Source of the DNA: Phoronis australis
Lineage: Eukaryota; Animalia; Phoronida
Assembly (NCBI GenBank): GCA_002633005.1
Contig: NMRA01000795.1
Span: forward strand, 77,861 to 141,860
Direction of reading: 5' to 3'
DNA: 64,000 nt
In this document: positions 12,101 through 23,606 of the stretch, piece by piece
Layout of the letters: every line of letters begins with the position of its first letter
Position numbering within the stretch: position 1 is the first letter of the stretch
Position numbers and translations under genes: made by a program
Notes under the pieces: generated by a model
Told to the model about the DNA's origin: nothing
The model's database searches: none
The model's input: only the letters and a program-made list of their open reading frames with translations

Positions 12101-15100
12101 GAAACTCGGCTAACAAGAATCGTTATGGGCATTGCCATCAGAATAAGTTGGCCTGCAATGGATGATTTTATGCTTGCGTCAAAGTAAATTATGATTGGAA
12201 GAACTAGTAGCACTCTCGTAGACTTTGTTTGGGTTGTAAGGAAGTTGTTAGTATGTTGTATTTCACTTTCTCACGTCATGAATTGCTTTCTCTGTCTTCA
12301 GTTACAGGATGTGGGAATTCCATTAGACCAGGTCACCTGGTGTCGTGTTACGCTTACCTCCGACACATGGATATGTGTTCGACACAACCCTGACGACAAG
12401 CCTCAGAAGAATGGTGGCAAACATAAACACCGATGCCTTGTAAGTTTGCCTATAGTTTCCATCCACCTGTTTGTGCCTGTGCGTGTGTAAAACCAAGTCA
12501 CAATGCTTCCTACAGTATTTTTCCTTTTAAAATAGGGGAATGTTTCGTGACATGTGACTTAGGACTGAAGACAGAAATTTCGTCTCGCGTTCCTACTTCA
12601 CAATTTTTGAAAAGACGATTAGCCAAGTAATTATGCCTCTGCATCTATCAAGTTCCTTTATGGATTTTTATTAGATTTGGCTAATAGATTTCTATTAAAG
12701 AGTCGATGGCACGTTCCATTTTCGGTTGGATTCATCATATTCTGCGTCCCTATTGGACATCTTTATTCTTTTCACAACTGTGTTTGGCGTCCGTCTCTCT
12801 AGCTGCTGAAGCATTTGAAGGATTATTATTGAAACTTACAGTGGAGAAGAGTACACCTGACATTGAATTTGATACGATGAGACCGACTACTGTGGCGTCC
12901 CCAATTGGCAATTTAGGTTTTCTTTCCTTATGGCTCTATATCCATCAAGGAGATGACAGTTATTTTGTTTCAGACATATTTCACTTATGCTCTGCCCACT
13001 AGTTACTTGTTATATGATATTAGATGGTACTTAGAAACACCTCTAGAAACATACCACTTGCGATGCAGCCGTGAGCACATTTCAACGCTTTGCGTTTCTT
13101 TTGTTCCATGCTCAGTGGCTTATTGCATTGGCTGCAGATATTTCAAGTTTTCTTTTCTTGACAACAGCTATCTGGTGGAAGTTAGATGAACAGTAAAGTA
13201 AACTGTTCACATTTTAAATGAAATTTTTTTTTCCTCCATATTGCACACTAAATTGAAGAACTTTTCTTCACAAACGGAGTTTTCACCAAACAATTCCATG
13301 CTAGGGTGTCTTTTTTGCCAAACTGTCTGTGATATGATCGCAAATTCCAGAACATCCCTTCAGTCCTATTCTATTTTGATGACTGGCTTGTGGGGGGGTG
13401 TGCCAAGATATTAATAGCCACATACTGAAATACCACAGCACCCCCTGATTCTCCAAAAATTACCCATGATGCTAGGTGCCTGTATAGAAAAAATTGTCCA
13501 GACTTTCATCATTCTAGTATAAGTGAAGTTTAACTGCAGCATCGCATGTAGTGAGTTGTAATATAGACGATAAGATTTGTGGGCCGTAATTTGTTGTAGG
13601 TTTCTTGTTGCCTCGCTCAAAACGTTTCCTAGCCTAATCTTAGAACTAAATGAGAAGCCAGTGTGACCCTCAGTGGGATAATTGCTCGCTTTCTCTACAA
13701 AAGGCTGTGGGTTCAAGTCCCATTATGGCACACTGTTAGACCCTTGAGTCAAGTCTCTAGCTCCTGAGCTTGGGTTTTAACATTATATATTTTATTTTTT
13801 AGCCTTTCTAAAGCTTTGTCAATCATATAATGCATTTTTGTTCAAAAAGGTGAAGTCAAATTCAGGATTTCATCATCATTTTAAACTCTCCAGCTACTTT
13901 TTTACTTTGTTTGGCCTTAAATTGTGACCAGTGTGCTCTGCCTTGATATAATTTATCGTATATTGACATTGGTTCTAATGTTATAAACCCGAGTACAATG
14001 ACTCACTGATAAAAGTTGATGTTTGTTCCTTGATTGGATTGTAATTGACATGTACATCCTGTTGATGGTGACTGGAACATGTGCGATTTGTGTTATTTAA
14101 ATGTCTGGATGTATTACTTAGCTCTACGTAGGATTCGATCCTAGGTTAAACACTACTTTAAGTATTTGTTGATTAGTGCAACAGACAGACTTTTAATGTT
14201 TTGACTAAGCTTTTACCCTTAAGGTCACATTCTGGTATTTGTAAATAAACAAGTGTAACTGAACAATATAACTGTGTTATTCAGTGAAAATCTGTTGAAA
14301 CTAAAACTTGCAATCAGACGTGTTTAATCTATGAGATATTGTCGGGTATTTAGCCAAGTCTATAAACCTTGAGATTTTTAGAGGGTTAAAACTCGGTAAT
14401 ATGTATTTTCTAAAAGTAGAAGGCCTGGATACTTCTGTAGCAAAATAACATACAGCGTATCAATAACATGGCCAAATTTTGTTCAATAGTTAAATTTTCA
14501 TTATGAAATCTCAAAAACGCTATTACAGTTTCGTAATTTATCAGATTGTTTTCGTTTGATGGAACTTTTTTTAAAAATCATAAAAGTGTACTATTTTGAT
14601 AGCCCCTGATGCAATCGTGGAAAATTGTAAAAGCAATTCCTAATAGTATTTCGGAGAACAATCCATAAGGTATGGTGTCTGAAAGTTTCATATGAATCCA
14701 ATCTGCCGTTTCTGAGATATGTTGTTTGAAAGTTTCCCAAATTTGACCATATTTCAATGGGCTGTAAGAAAAGCAAGACTGCTTTATGCAAAATTATGCA
14801 AGACATGAGTGTTTCACAAGTAAGTTTGGGACTGTACTTGTGCATACGATCAAAATAGCTGCCACCTAAATAATTGGTCGACAAGGCTGTAATGTTGGGA
14901 TGTAGTAAAAGTCACCATTTCCGTTCAGTGAGTGCTGATTTCACTTCGCAAGGGCCTTGCGTTTATGTAACATGTCCTTGCTACTACGATTTGCATTCAG
15001 CATCGTTGTTTTGCGAAACACTTGATCATTGGGTCATCTTGTTTTTAGGTGACTATACTGAACCCATACAGGAACAGTCTTCCCAATGACAGTTGGCATG

Positions 15101-18100
15101 CTGTGGCAGACTCAGCCATGATGAACTCTCATCAGCCAATCATTGCCTTGAAAGGTTAGTAGCCCCATTATGGTCTATCCTATGATATTTGGTATTTTAG
15201 CAACTACAGTAAATACTGCCATTGGTGAACTTTGATTAGCCAATTGAAATGTTAGTGGCCTCATTTTGAGCACAGACTGTGGATTGTGCTCAGCATTCAT
15301 GCGTGTAACAAATCAGTGGCTCCCACAATTTTCTTTTTAATTCTCAACAATAGCTTGGACGTTTTGGTGACATTAACATTTTTGTTTGTGTGGCTTTGAG
15401 ATGTGGTATTTTTTGGTCGCTGTATTTGAGGACTCTCCATGTATAAACATTTTGAATTTCAGCCGGATCTCGTTTTCAAGTGTTTAATCTTGAATCCAGG
15501 GTGCTACTTCATCAGTATAGATTTCAGGAGGTCATTCATTTCTGGACATGGATCAGTTCAGACGTCATCGCCATAGTTACGGAAACAGCTGTCTATCACT
15601 GGTGCTTATTTAAAGGTAATAATTACACGTTAATTAGGCACCTCATTGCCCATTTCTATAATTGCTCCAGCAAATGTTCAGTGTCATCACCAACTCAATA
15701 TGTCTGCCACTATTTTGTATGTAATCCATCGTGATCAAAGAGAAGCATTTCTTCTTGTCTGCTTCAGGGTTAATGTGAGAATAAACAGACACTGTCTCCT
15801 GGTTTCACTGCTATGCCTGCTTGTATCGCTTAGACTCCACAAAATTATTTGTTAAGGTTATGGAGAGCCTTATCGACAAGTTGACGTATTTAGCCAAATG
15901 TCTACAAAACTTTAGATGTCGACTCCATAGAAGTGTGAATTTTCTGATAGACAGTAGAAAGCTTGTGGAGTTTCATTTCTTACTTTATACCAATCTGCCC
16001 TCTATTGGGTGGGTCGCATATCCAAATCTTAAATGAGTGAAAAAGAAAATTACATTGATCCTAGCAAAACAACAGTATCAGTTAAAATGATCAAATTTCA
16101 TTTGATATAAATGTTCGAGATGAAGTCTCAAAAACACTGTTGTACTAAATTGTTTTTCAGTTTTCATTTCATGCAGCATTTGAGATTTTTCATATAAATC
16201 ATTAAACTGCTATTTTTGATAGCCTCAGAATGGAGCGTTTTCAAAGCAATCCCCGACAGCGTTTTGGAAAACGTAGCTTAAATCATAACATCTGAAAGTT
16301 TTATATGAATCTGATGTGCCATTTTTGAGCTATGACATTCCGAAATTATCCAATTTTGGACGCTTTCTAGGGTCCTCCGTCACCTTAACACCACTGTTGT
16401 TGAAAATTTATCTGGTGCATAGAGGGTGGTTGGTGATTAAGGCTGAACACATGGATAGAAAATATCGGTAAAATGATACCAATAGTGCAGTTTTTTTCGT
16501 ATCTGTTCCAGACAAATTAAGCTACAGGAAATGTATTTAAAAACTCAGACACTGAGCGCTATTTAGCCACATTACTACGGAACATCTAGATCCACTCAAT
16601 GTTTATGTGTTGAAATTGCTCTCTAATTGAAATCGTTCCTTGACATTTACAGAGTGTGGTATTTTTGTTTTGAAATACAAAAATACCCTCAGACACTTAT
16701 TGTATTGGCTATGCCTGGATACGTGTGATTGAAGAGGCGTGTTGAAAACATTGCACGTCTTTGTAGTTAACGTTGATTATCCCCCATCATCTCGCTGTTC
16801 ATTGATTACACTTGAGGTGCCCACAATGATCATTACTATAGTCATGAATTGCGTTCTGCAAAAGTTCATCATACCTCTATAGTGGCATGATTTGTATACT
16901 AGTCTGTTTTGTAGACAATTCCTATTAATTGTATACTCAACATGTGGGCGCTTTTGTAACGTTACACATCCTGATTGCTTCACTGTCTAGGTGAACATCA
17001 AAGGTATTTTACACCCTGTTCTCGCCAAAGTGAATGTAACTGTTAAAACCAATTTGAATGTTATAACTCTTAGTCAGTACCGTTTTTTTAAAAATGTAAC
17101 TGTAGCGCGGTAATAACTCTAATGAGGGTGTTTTAGAAAGAGGTTTTAACAGTATGTTGTAGCTCAATGTGAACATAGCAGTTGGAAAAGTTATAACTCA
17201 GTAGGTGGCGCTTTTGTCAAATCTCAGAAGTAATGGTGCACTGAACCACTTACTGAGCAAGCACCAAATGGCAAGATTGTCTACAGCACAAATTGGCTGA
17301 CCTAGAACTGCCAAACAACATGTTGTGGAAATCAACGACATTTTGTGAGTCTGCTCAAAAATAGCTCGGCAAAAGGACAATTTATGAGAAAGGGAAGCAA
17401 GAAAATTACAAAAACAGACTTGGTAGCTTGGTATTACTTTTGATGTACAATATTATATTTGATGTCATGCTTTTTGGTATGAAAATGGCACATCCGGTTT
17501 GACTGGAGATAATTTGATCAGATGTAAGATAATTTGTTAGTGTTGGCTAGAACATGTGAATTAGGGTTGCAAAAGTTAGAACTGTCAGTGTGAAGGTTAA
17601 CTGTTACATAACAGTTACAGCTGTTGAAAGAGTTACAACCTGGACTTCTCAGTTCTTGTATCACGTCCAACGGTTTGCCTTAAAAGTCGACCGAAATTTT
17701 CAAAGGCCTAGTTATTGTCTATGCCTTCTTCAGTGTAGGTAGTGCTATATGAAGTACTACGTCATAAACACAGGAAAGTTTGTCACCTTCTTCATCCCAG
17801 TTCGTTGTACACTCATTTTTTTCTGATTTCTACAGTCAGTGTTATTTTCTTTTCCTACTATATTGGAGCTGTGATGCCTCCTACATTTGAGAGATGTCCA
17901 GGAATTTTGGTTCTCGACTTACAGAACATAGGAAAGAGGTGCATGAGGTCATAGACCGAGTGTTTGCAGGATCGGAAAGAAAAGCCTCTTACTGTAATTA
18001 ATAAGTCTGCAATTACAGATCATGTTATTGACTGTGACAACTAATAAGATTTTTACGGCTTTTGTAAAATCCCTGCAAGGCTCTAGCTGTAATGAAACTC

Positions 18101-21100
18101 CAAATTGTTTATATCGGAGGAGAATACTAGTAGTTACCATGGCAATCACAAGCACATGCACCACTGTGGTTTCAGTTTGATTAACTGCTGTTTTGGAAGG
18201 GGACTTTAGCCGTTAAGGAGTCGTGAAAATTGGTTTATGAGCTGAACAGGTCATGATATTTACCAAGTTCCTTGATGGATGTACATGAAATTTGACAAAT
18301 AAATTACTGTCATGGAGACAATACTTGCCCCGTTTCAGATGGATTTGACCTACGCTAAGCCCATTTGGGCTTTTTTATTATATTTGCATCTGTTCTTCAT
18401 TACCTGCCTCCCAAACTGCTTGAGAAATCTTGATGAAAGGTGGAAGGTGTGTTCTTATATTGGCCACGCTTTGTGCTCCCTACAATAAACTTAATACTGA
18501 CGCTGTATTAAGTTTATTAGTATTGTTCCATCTAATGAGAATGTTTTAACAATGACCATTCCTTGTATCTACTGTCACTACCACTTTTATTGCTATTGGA
18601 TGTTATGGTTATTATTACACGATGTTTCATCTCCATACTTGATCTTCTTCAGAGGACTCTATGCCCGATCTCATGTTCAAAAGGCATCATAGACTGGTGT
18701 ACTACGAAATAGTCCAGTACAAGACAGACAAGTCGTTCCGTTGGTTTGCTCTCACCGGCCTACTGCCTGATGTAAGTCAGTTGCCTTTGTTTTGTCTCTG
18801 ATGCGTGTATTTGTTGCCTGGGTCAGCCTTCTGTCCATCCAACCCTGCTGTTCTTGTAGTTTAGGTGCTAAGTTTACGTAAAGTATGTTAATGTTGTAGG
18901 GATAGTTCAGAGAAACTTGGATGGCTGTAAAATTCGGACAAGCCTAAATAAACGTCAAATATATTAACAATCAAGATGTCTTACCACTAAATGAAAAGAT
19001 TATTCACTTCTTTGAACAACAGTAGGAATTTATTCATCACCTCACTTGAATTACAACAAAGTTTCAACACATATGAGGCATGTTCAGCACCTTATGTCGC
19101 TCTGCCGTCTGTTTCGCGTGGTGATTTCGAAAGTCTGCGGTAGGTACACTGACTTTTCCAAGTTTTATTTAGGTCACTTGGTCACTTGTCATGTAAATGA
19201 ACTTGAATTTACTTGATGCATAATTCATCACTATTTGCAGTTTTATGTGTTAACTCCAATAGAAAAACTTACAAAAAGCATGATTTTATCAAAAAACGGG
19301 TGTCCGAATTTCCCTCCAATTTTTTGTATGCTGCGGGGAAATTCGGACACCCGTGTTTTTAGGCTACTAGATGCTTTTGTTGACGTTTTCTTAGAGAGAT
19401 TTTCGTAATCACATGATGACCTCCTGTGTTAAGAGGTCAATCCAAAACTTAATTTGTCAACAACAATGGCACTGTTTACCACGTGTGCTGCACACTAATT
19501 GGTAAGGGCAGACGTAATTCTACGTTGTTTATGTGGCCAGTACATGATGACTTCTGAAATTTTATTATTCGTCTGATGATAAGACTACTAAATAATACCT
19601 AAAATCATTTTTTGAAATCATAAAGTACTGTTATGTGTTTTGTCCGAGTTTTACCTATTCAGAATTTGCTGGTCCGAATTTCCCCGACACTCCGTCCGAC
19701 TTTCCCCACCTGCGTCCGAATTTCCCCAATTTTGACCAATGTTATTATTCTTAAAATTCGAAGGCATTGAAACTGAACTAGTAACGGAGAATCTCATTGG
19801 TTGCTTTCTCAAAAGATTTGCGGATATCTCATTACTCGTCTAATGTTATTAGCTGACACATAAACCTTCAGTAGTAGGTAAGCAAGTCAAGCTAGGTGAA
19901 TTTACCCGAACTTCCCCTATTCATGCTGTCGTAATGCAAAAGATCATTTTTGTAAGATTAGGACTAACTGGCATAGTCAGAAGTAATCAACAGGGGGAGA
20001 CAAATGCGAAATAGTTGGCGATGGGGGGTTGAGATGGGTGGCAATCTGGGGGCACTTTTAAATGAACTGGGGTACCATAGGCAAAACTGAACTACGAATT
20101 ACGTAAGTTTTGATTGAGGGGACTTTTTAGCGAGAATGCTAGACATGTCTTTTGTTTAAGGAATATTGGAGTTGGATATATGTTTTGATTACTATTGACA
20201 GGATGACTGTATTCAAGGAGTGACTCAGCTCTTCTCTGTAGACTACAACATCACGCAGTGTATTGAAGCGCATACCGTCTGTTTTGCCGAGTATCACTTC
20301 GAGAGCAACAAATTCGCATCCACGTTATTGGTGGCTGCAGTGCGCCATGAATCTCAAGTTTTTGGAAAGGTAATAATTCCTAGAATTGTTATGGATGTTG
20401 TGTGTGTCAATCTTTCTTAATTTTAAATGTGACCAATTGAAGGCAGTATTGGATAATGATGATACAGTATTCTCCACAACAGAAAATTCAAACTCTACTG
20501 AAGTTTTGTAATTACTGTATGCGTTCGAAAGTTCATTTCCAGACAGTGGAGAGATTGTATGTTAAGTCTTGGAATAAATGCTTTGAATTGGTACCAAAAT
20601 CCATAGCGTACTAATTTGCCTATGAAATGGCTAATTTCTCAATACTTTAAACGCGTTGCCCAGGTTTTCAAACTGGGTGTAAGCAAGCCAAATTCGCCAT
20701 GACAAAATTCAAACTCGACGCAGTGACTAGTCAAAACAGATTGTGGAGAACACTGAATTTAGTTAATCTCCACAAGGCTGTTGCTTGGCTTATTTATTGG
20801 AGATGCAATATTTCCGTCAGTGGGTCTGTTTAAAACGGTAGAGTCTTGATTGAAGCCGTAAAATAGAATCCTATATCTATGACAAAGAATTTAGTCTGAA
20901 ATGTATAATGTTACCAGTTAATGACTCAATATGGCTGACAGGTGAATTGTTATCATTTTCTCATATAAGTGATACACTACCAAATTAATGTTTTTACCAT
21001 TTTCAAGTTTTTTTTTGAGTTTAGTACCACAACTCAAAATTTTGAAAATTTCTAAGCACTTGCAACAATGTAAGAAAACCTTGGAAAATGCGCAATTATT

Positions 21101-22737
21101 TTTCTCCAAAATTGCAACATTAGTGACGTTATACCATTTGGAATAAGAAATCAAACGTTTAGTAAACCCCTTAATAAATAGTGCTATAAGAACCCTTGCA
21201 AAGCATTTTGGATGTTCCTGAATAGTCCGTTGGAATCTTGGCATAACTATTCTAGGTTCATACTGTGGAACTGGGGCCTTATGTGGAGGGCAACTTGGCC
21301 CTCACCAGTCACTACGACACGATTACGTTCAAAGACGACACAGAAAAATATGACTTTCCAGTGTCACTGCAGGTTCGTGTCTCAATTCATATTTATTGGA
21401 TAGATTCATGCTCTCGTAATTGAATAAGTTTTATTTAGAAGAATATCTTCAGGTTATTTTCTAACAATTAAAAAAGTGATTTTCTTCAAATTGCTGAGTG
21501 ATTTTACCCTATAATGAAGGTTGTGTCAGAACCCTGACCATTTATTAGATTAAGGCATGATTCAGAACTGACCTCTGTTTGTGAACAACGCTGGTAACCT
21601 GTTCATTTATTAATTAGAAATTAGCTAGGCAAGTGAAAATTGTTTTTGCCTGTCGTACGCACAAAAATGTATCATATATTTGCCTAGTATTGGAGTCCCG
21701 AGTTTATTGGAGACGCGCAGTTTATTGTTAAAATCAGCATGCCTGATCCTGCGGCTTCTATGAGGGATCGATGTCTGTTGGAAACTAAGTTTCTATTGGG
21801 ATTTGACGGTAACTTTGACAGAGTTAGACAGTCTTGTGTTCCATTCCAGGTCAGTGTTCACTATGGCCTTGTTTATGTGATAACCAAATATGGGCAACTG
21901 TATGTGTGTGACTTAGAAACCAGCGCGTGCCTGTTTACCGAACCAATCTCTCCAGGTGTTGTATTCGCCGCCACACTCGACACATCCAATCAGGGTTTAA
22001 TCAGTGTCAACAGGTTTGGCCAGGTAAACACAGTTGCTTCATTTTGTATTGTTTTGGCGTTCTTGCCACAGTTATTTCTTCTTCATATAATGGGTAGAGT
22101 TTCGGAGTGTAATGTAATTGGCTCCTGCTTAGTTTTCATGAAATTTTAAGGAAACTGCGTAGTTTCTCTTATGATTCTAGCATAAGTTTGATGGAATAAG
22201 ATATCTTTGATTTTGTCTTATTCAAAGTGGTGGTCTTAGTTGGAGTGATCCAATCAGACTATTACCGAGTTCTGTATGGTTTTGACCACTTGTTTATTTT
22301 TAGTAGGCCATAGTCATTTAAAGAGGTCCCAGAACCAGTTAGATGCTCGTTATTCTGTGGTTCTCAAATCTAGTCCCGTATGAGTGACTATTACCTTATT
22401 GTGCGCTTGTGTGTATCTGACAATTGAAAAATCAACTGCGATTACTGTATCTTTATGTTATTCTCAGTATTTTTGGTAGAAACCTCAGCACATAAGGCTT
22501 GAGCGGCCATCGTATGATCTACCATGTAAACTGTATGATGTTCGCTTCTGTTTCATTTTTATCATGAATACTGGGAATGTCTATATATTTCAGGTTCTTT
22601 CAATTGCTTTGAAGTCTTCAAAATTGGTGGCGTACATACGAGAAGAATTGAAGAAGACCCGAGAAGCAGAAAGGCTTGAGACAATTTTACGAAGGGATGG
22701 AGTTTGCATTGAGACAAATCACCTGATTGACTTGTGA
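9181..22737 (+). CDS. Divergent clathrin heavy chain paralog: N-terminal beta-propeller (terminal domain) plus partial linker only, 392 aa, ending ...NHLIDL*
   Basis: Exons 9181-9240, 12302-12439, 15049-15154, 15463-15615, 18653-18771, 20202-20369, 21256-21372, 21850-22023, 22594-22737. All introns are GT-AG and the exons total 1179 nt in one open frame. Colinear with CHC motifs: LQDVGIP..SDTWICVR, ADSAMMN..IIALKAG, FWTWIS..VTETAVYHW, QLFSVD..IEAH, DFPVSLQ, ITKYGQLYVCDLET, VNRFGQVLSI. Confidence 0.88.
10082..10233 (+). mobile_element. Solo LTR (152 bp) of the tRNA-containing miniature LTR element
   Basis: Diverged full-length match to LTR 57120-57271; ends ...attactaca. Flanks caac/taac resemble a 4-bp TSD with one mismatch. 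Confidence 0.75.
10920..11265 (-). mobile_element. L1/Tx1-clade LINE 3' fragment (zf-RVT region), degenerate
   Basis: ETLKHLFWECETINSFW...VIFG...NIVLLLGKQFIY resembles the C-terminal Zn-finger region of L1/Tx1 ORF2. Confidence 0.7.
13663..13775 (+). mobile_element. tRNA-derived SINE fragment (related copy at ~40465-40570)
   Basis: B-box-like gggttcaagtccc followed by ggcacac..tagacccttgagtca; a similar body occurs at 40495-40570. Confidence 0.45.
15856..16384. mobile_element. TTAA-targeting (Kolobok/piggyBac-like) MITE
   Basis: ttaa|ggttatggagagcc ... ggtcctccgtcacc|ttaa: imperfect TIRs with TTAA on both sides. Confidence 0.55.
19290..19920. mobile_element. DNA transposon remnant with reiterated ccgaatttcccc subterminal motifs
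   Basis: Inverted pair gggtgtccgaatttccc / ggggaaattcggacaccc (19298-19352) and further copies at 19673-19727 and ~19906. Confidence 0.45.
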
Positions 22738-22959
22738 CGAAATTAGGCCATGGCGTAATTCGTAGAAATGATGGAAAGCTGTGATTACGGTTACGCACGT
22801 ATTAAGCCTATTTCGAAAATCTACAAGAATGGTGTCCTATCCGAAGTGCTGGAAGTATTTTCAATTGTTATGCTGTTGGTTTATTGTCATGATCAGTTGT
22901 ATGTTAGCTTTAAAATGAATTAATCAATAACAGAATGACTTCATAGGTGGCGCCGTTAC

Positions 22960-23606
22960 ATAGTAGAGGATAGAGTAGTTACCTATCGGCCACCTGTTTA
23001 TGTTTGCATACCTAGTTTTCAAGCCCATCCTGGGCCCTTCGTCGGAGTCACCAGTGGGTGGTCCTTAGAGAAGGCTGTTACTTGCAAGAAGGCGCGGGTA
23101 AATAGCTGGTAATTCATATTCACCGTCTCTGTTCAATTTTGGTTTATTGCTCATGACTTCAACTGCTTCTCTGATTTTATGATACCAATATTGATTTTCT
23201 CCTGATAGTATTTTGACTATGTTTTGCAACTGTTGTGTGATGTGTCCGTACGGTGTTCTCCTACGGCTGTAGTGTTGCCTGATGATATGTTGGAGTGTTC
23301 TTTTAGTCTGGCACCAAGATTCCGAGCAGTTTCACCAACATATTTGGCAGAACAATCAGGGCATTCAATCATGTATACCACCCCGCATTTCTTGTTGTCG
23401 TCTGACTTGTCTTTCGCATGGACCAAGGCACTCCTTAGGGTGTTGAATGAATTGTGTTAGGTTTCTCTGAAGATGTTAGACAGTTTTTCCAAAAGACGGT
23501 GAATGCACGGAAGGGCCACATTTATTCTATTAAAAAAGGGTCTCAGCTTCTTAGCTAGATCCACAAACACAAACAGATTGCCGATAGGTAACTACTCTAT
23601 CCCCTA
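22960..23606 (-). mobile_element. Penelope-like retroelement 3' fragment (GIY-YIG endonuclease) with inverted terminal repeat
   Basis: KDKSDDNKKCGVVYMIECPDCSAKYVGETARNLGARLKEH...TAVGEH, continuing after a frameshift as KIREAVEV..KPKLNRDGEYELP. Segment ~22962-23015 is repeated in inverted orientation at ~23553-23605. Confidence 0.88.

Noticed and set aside
12420-12432. HKH in the clathrin paralog as a substrate link to neighbouring METTL9
   Set aside because: METTL9 prefers HxH with a small x residue, and gene adjacency in animals does not imply a functional link.
9181-22737. Calling this gene canonical clathrin heavy chain (CLTC) or CLHC1
   Set aside because: Far too divergent for the highly conserved canonical CHC, and it terminates after the propeller. 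CLHC1 is defined by a linker-like domain rather than a complete colinear terminal domain.
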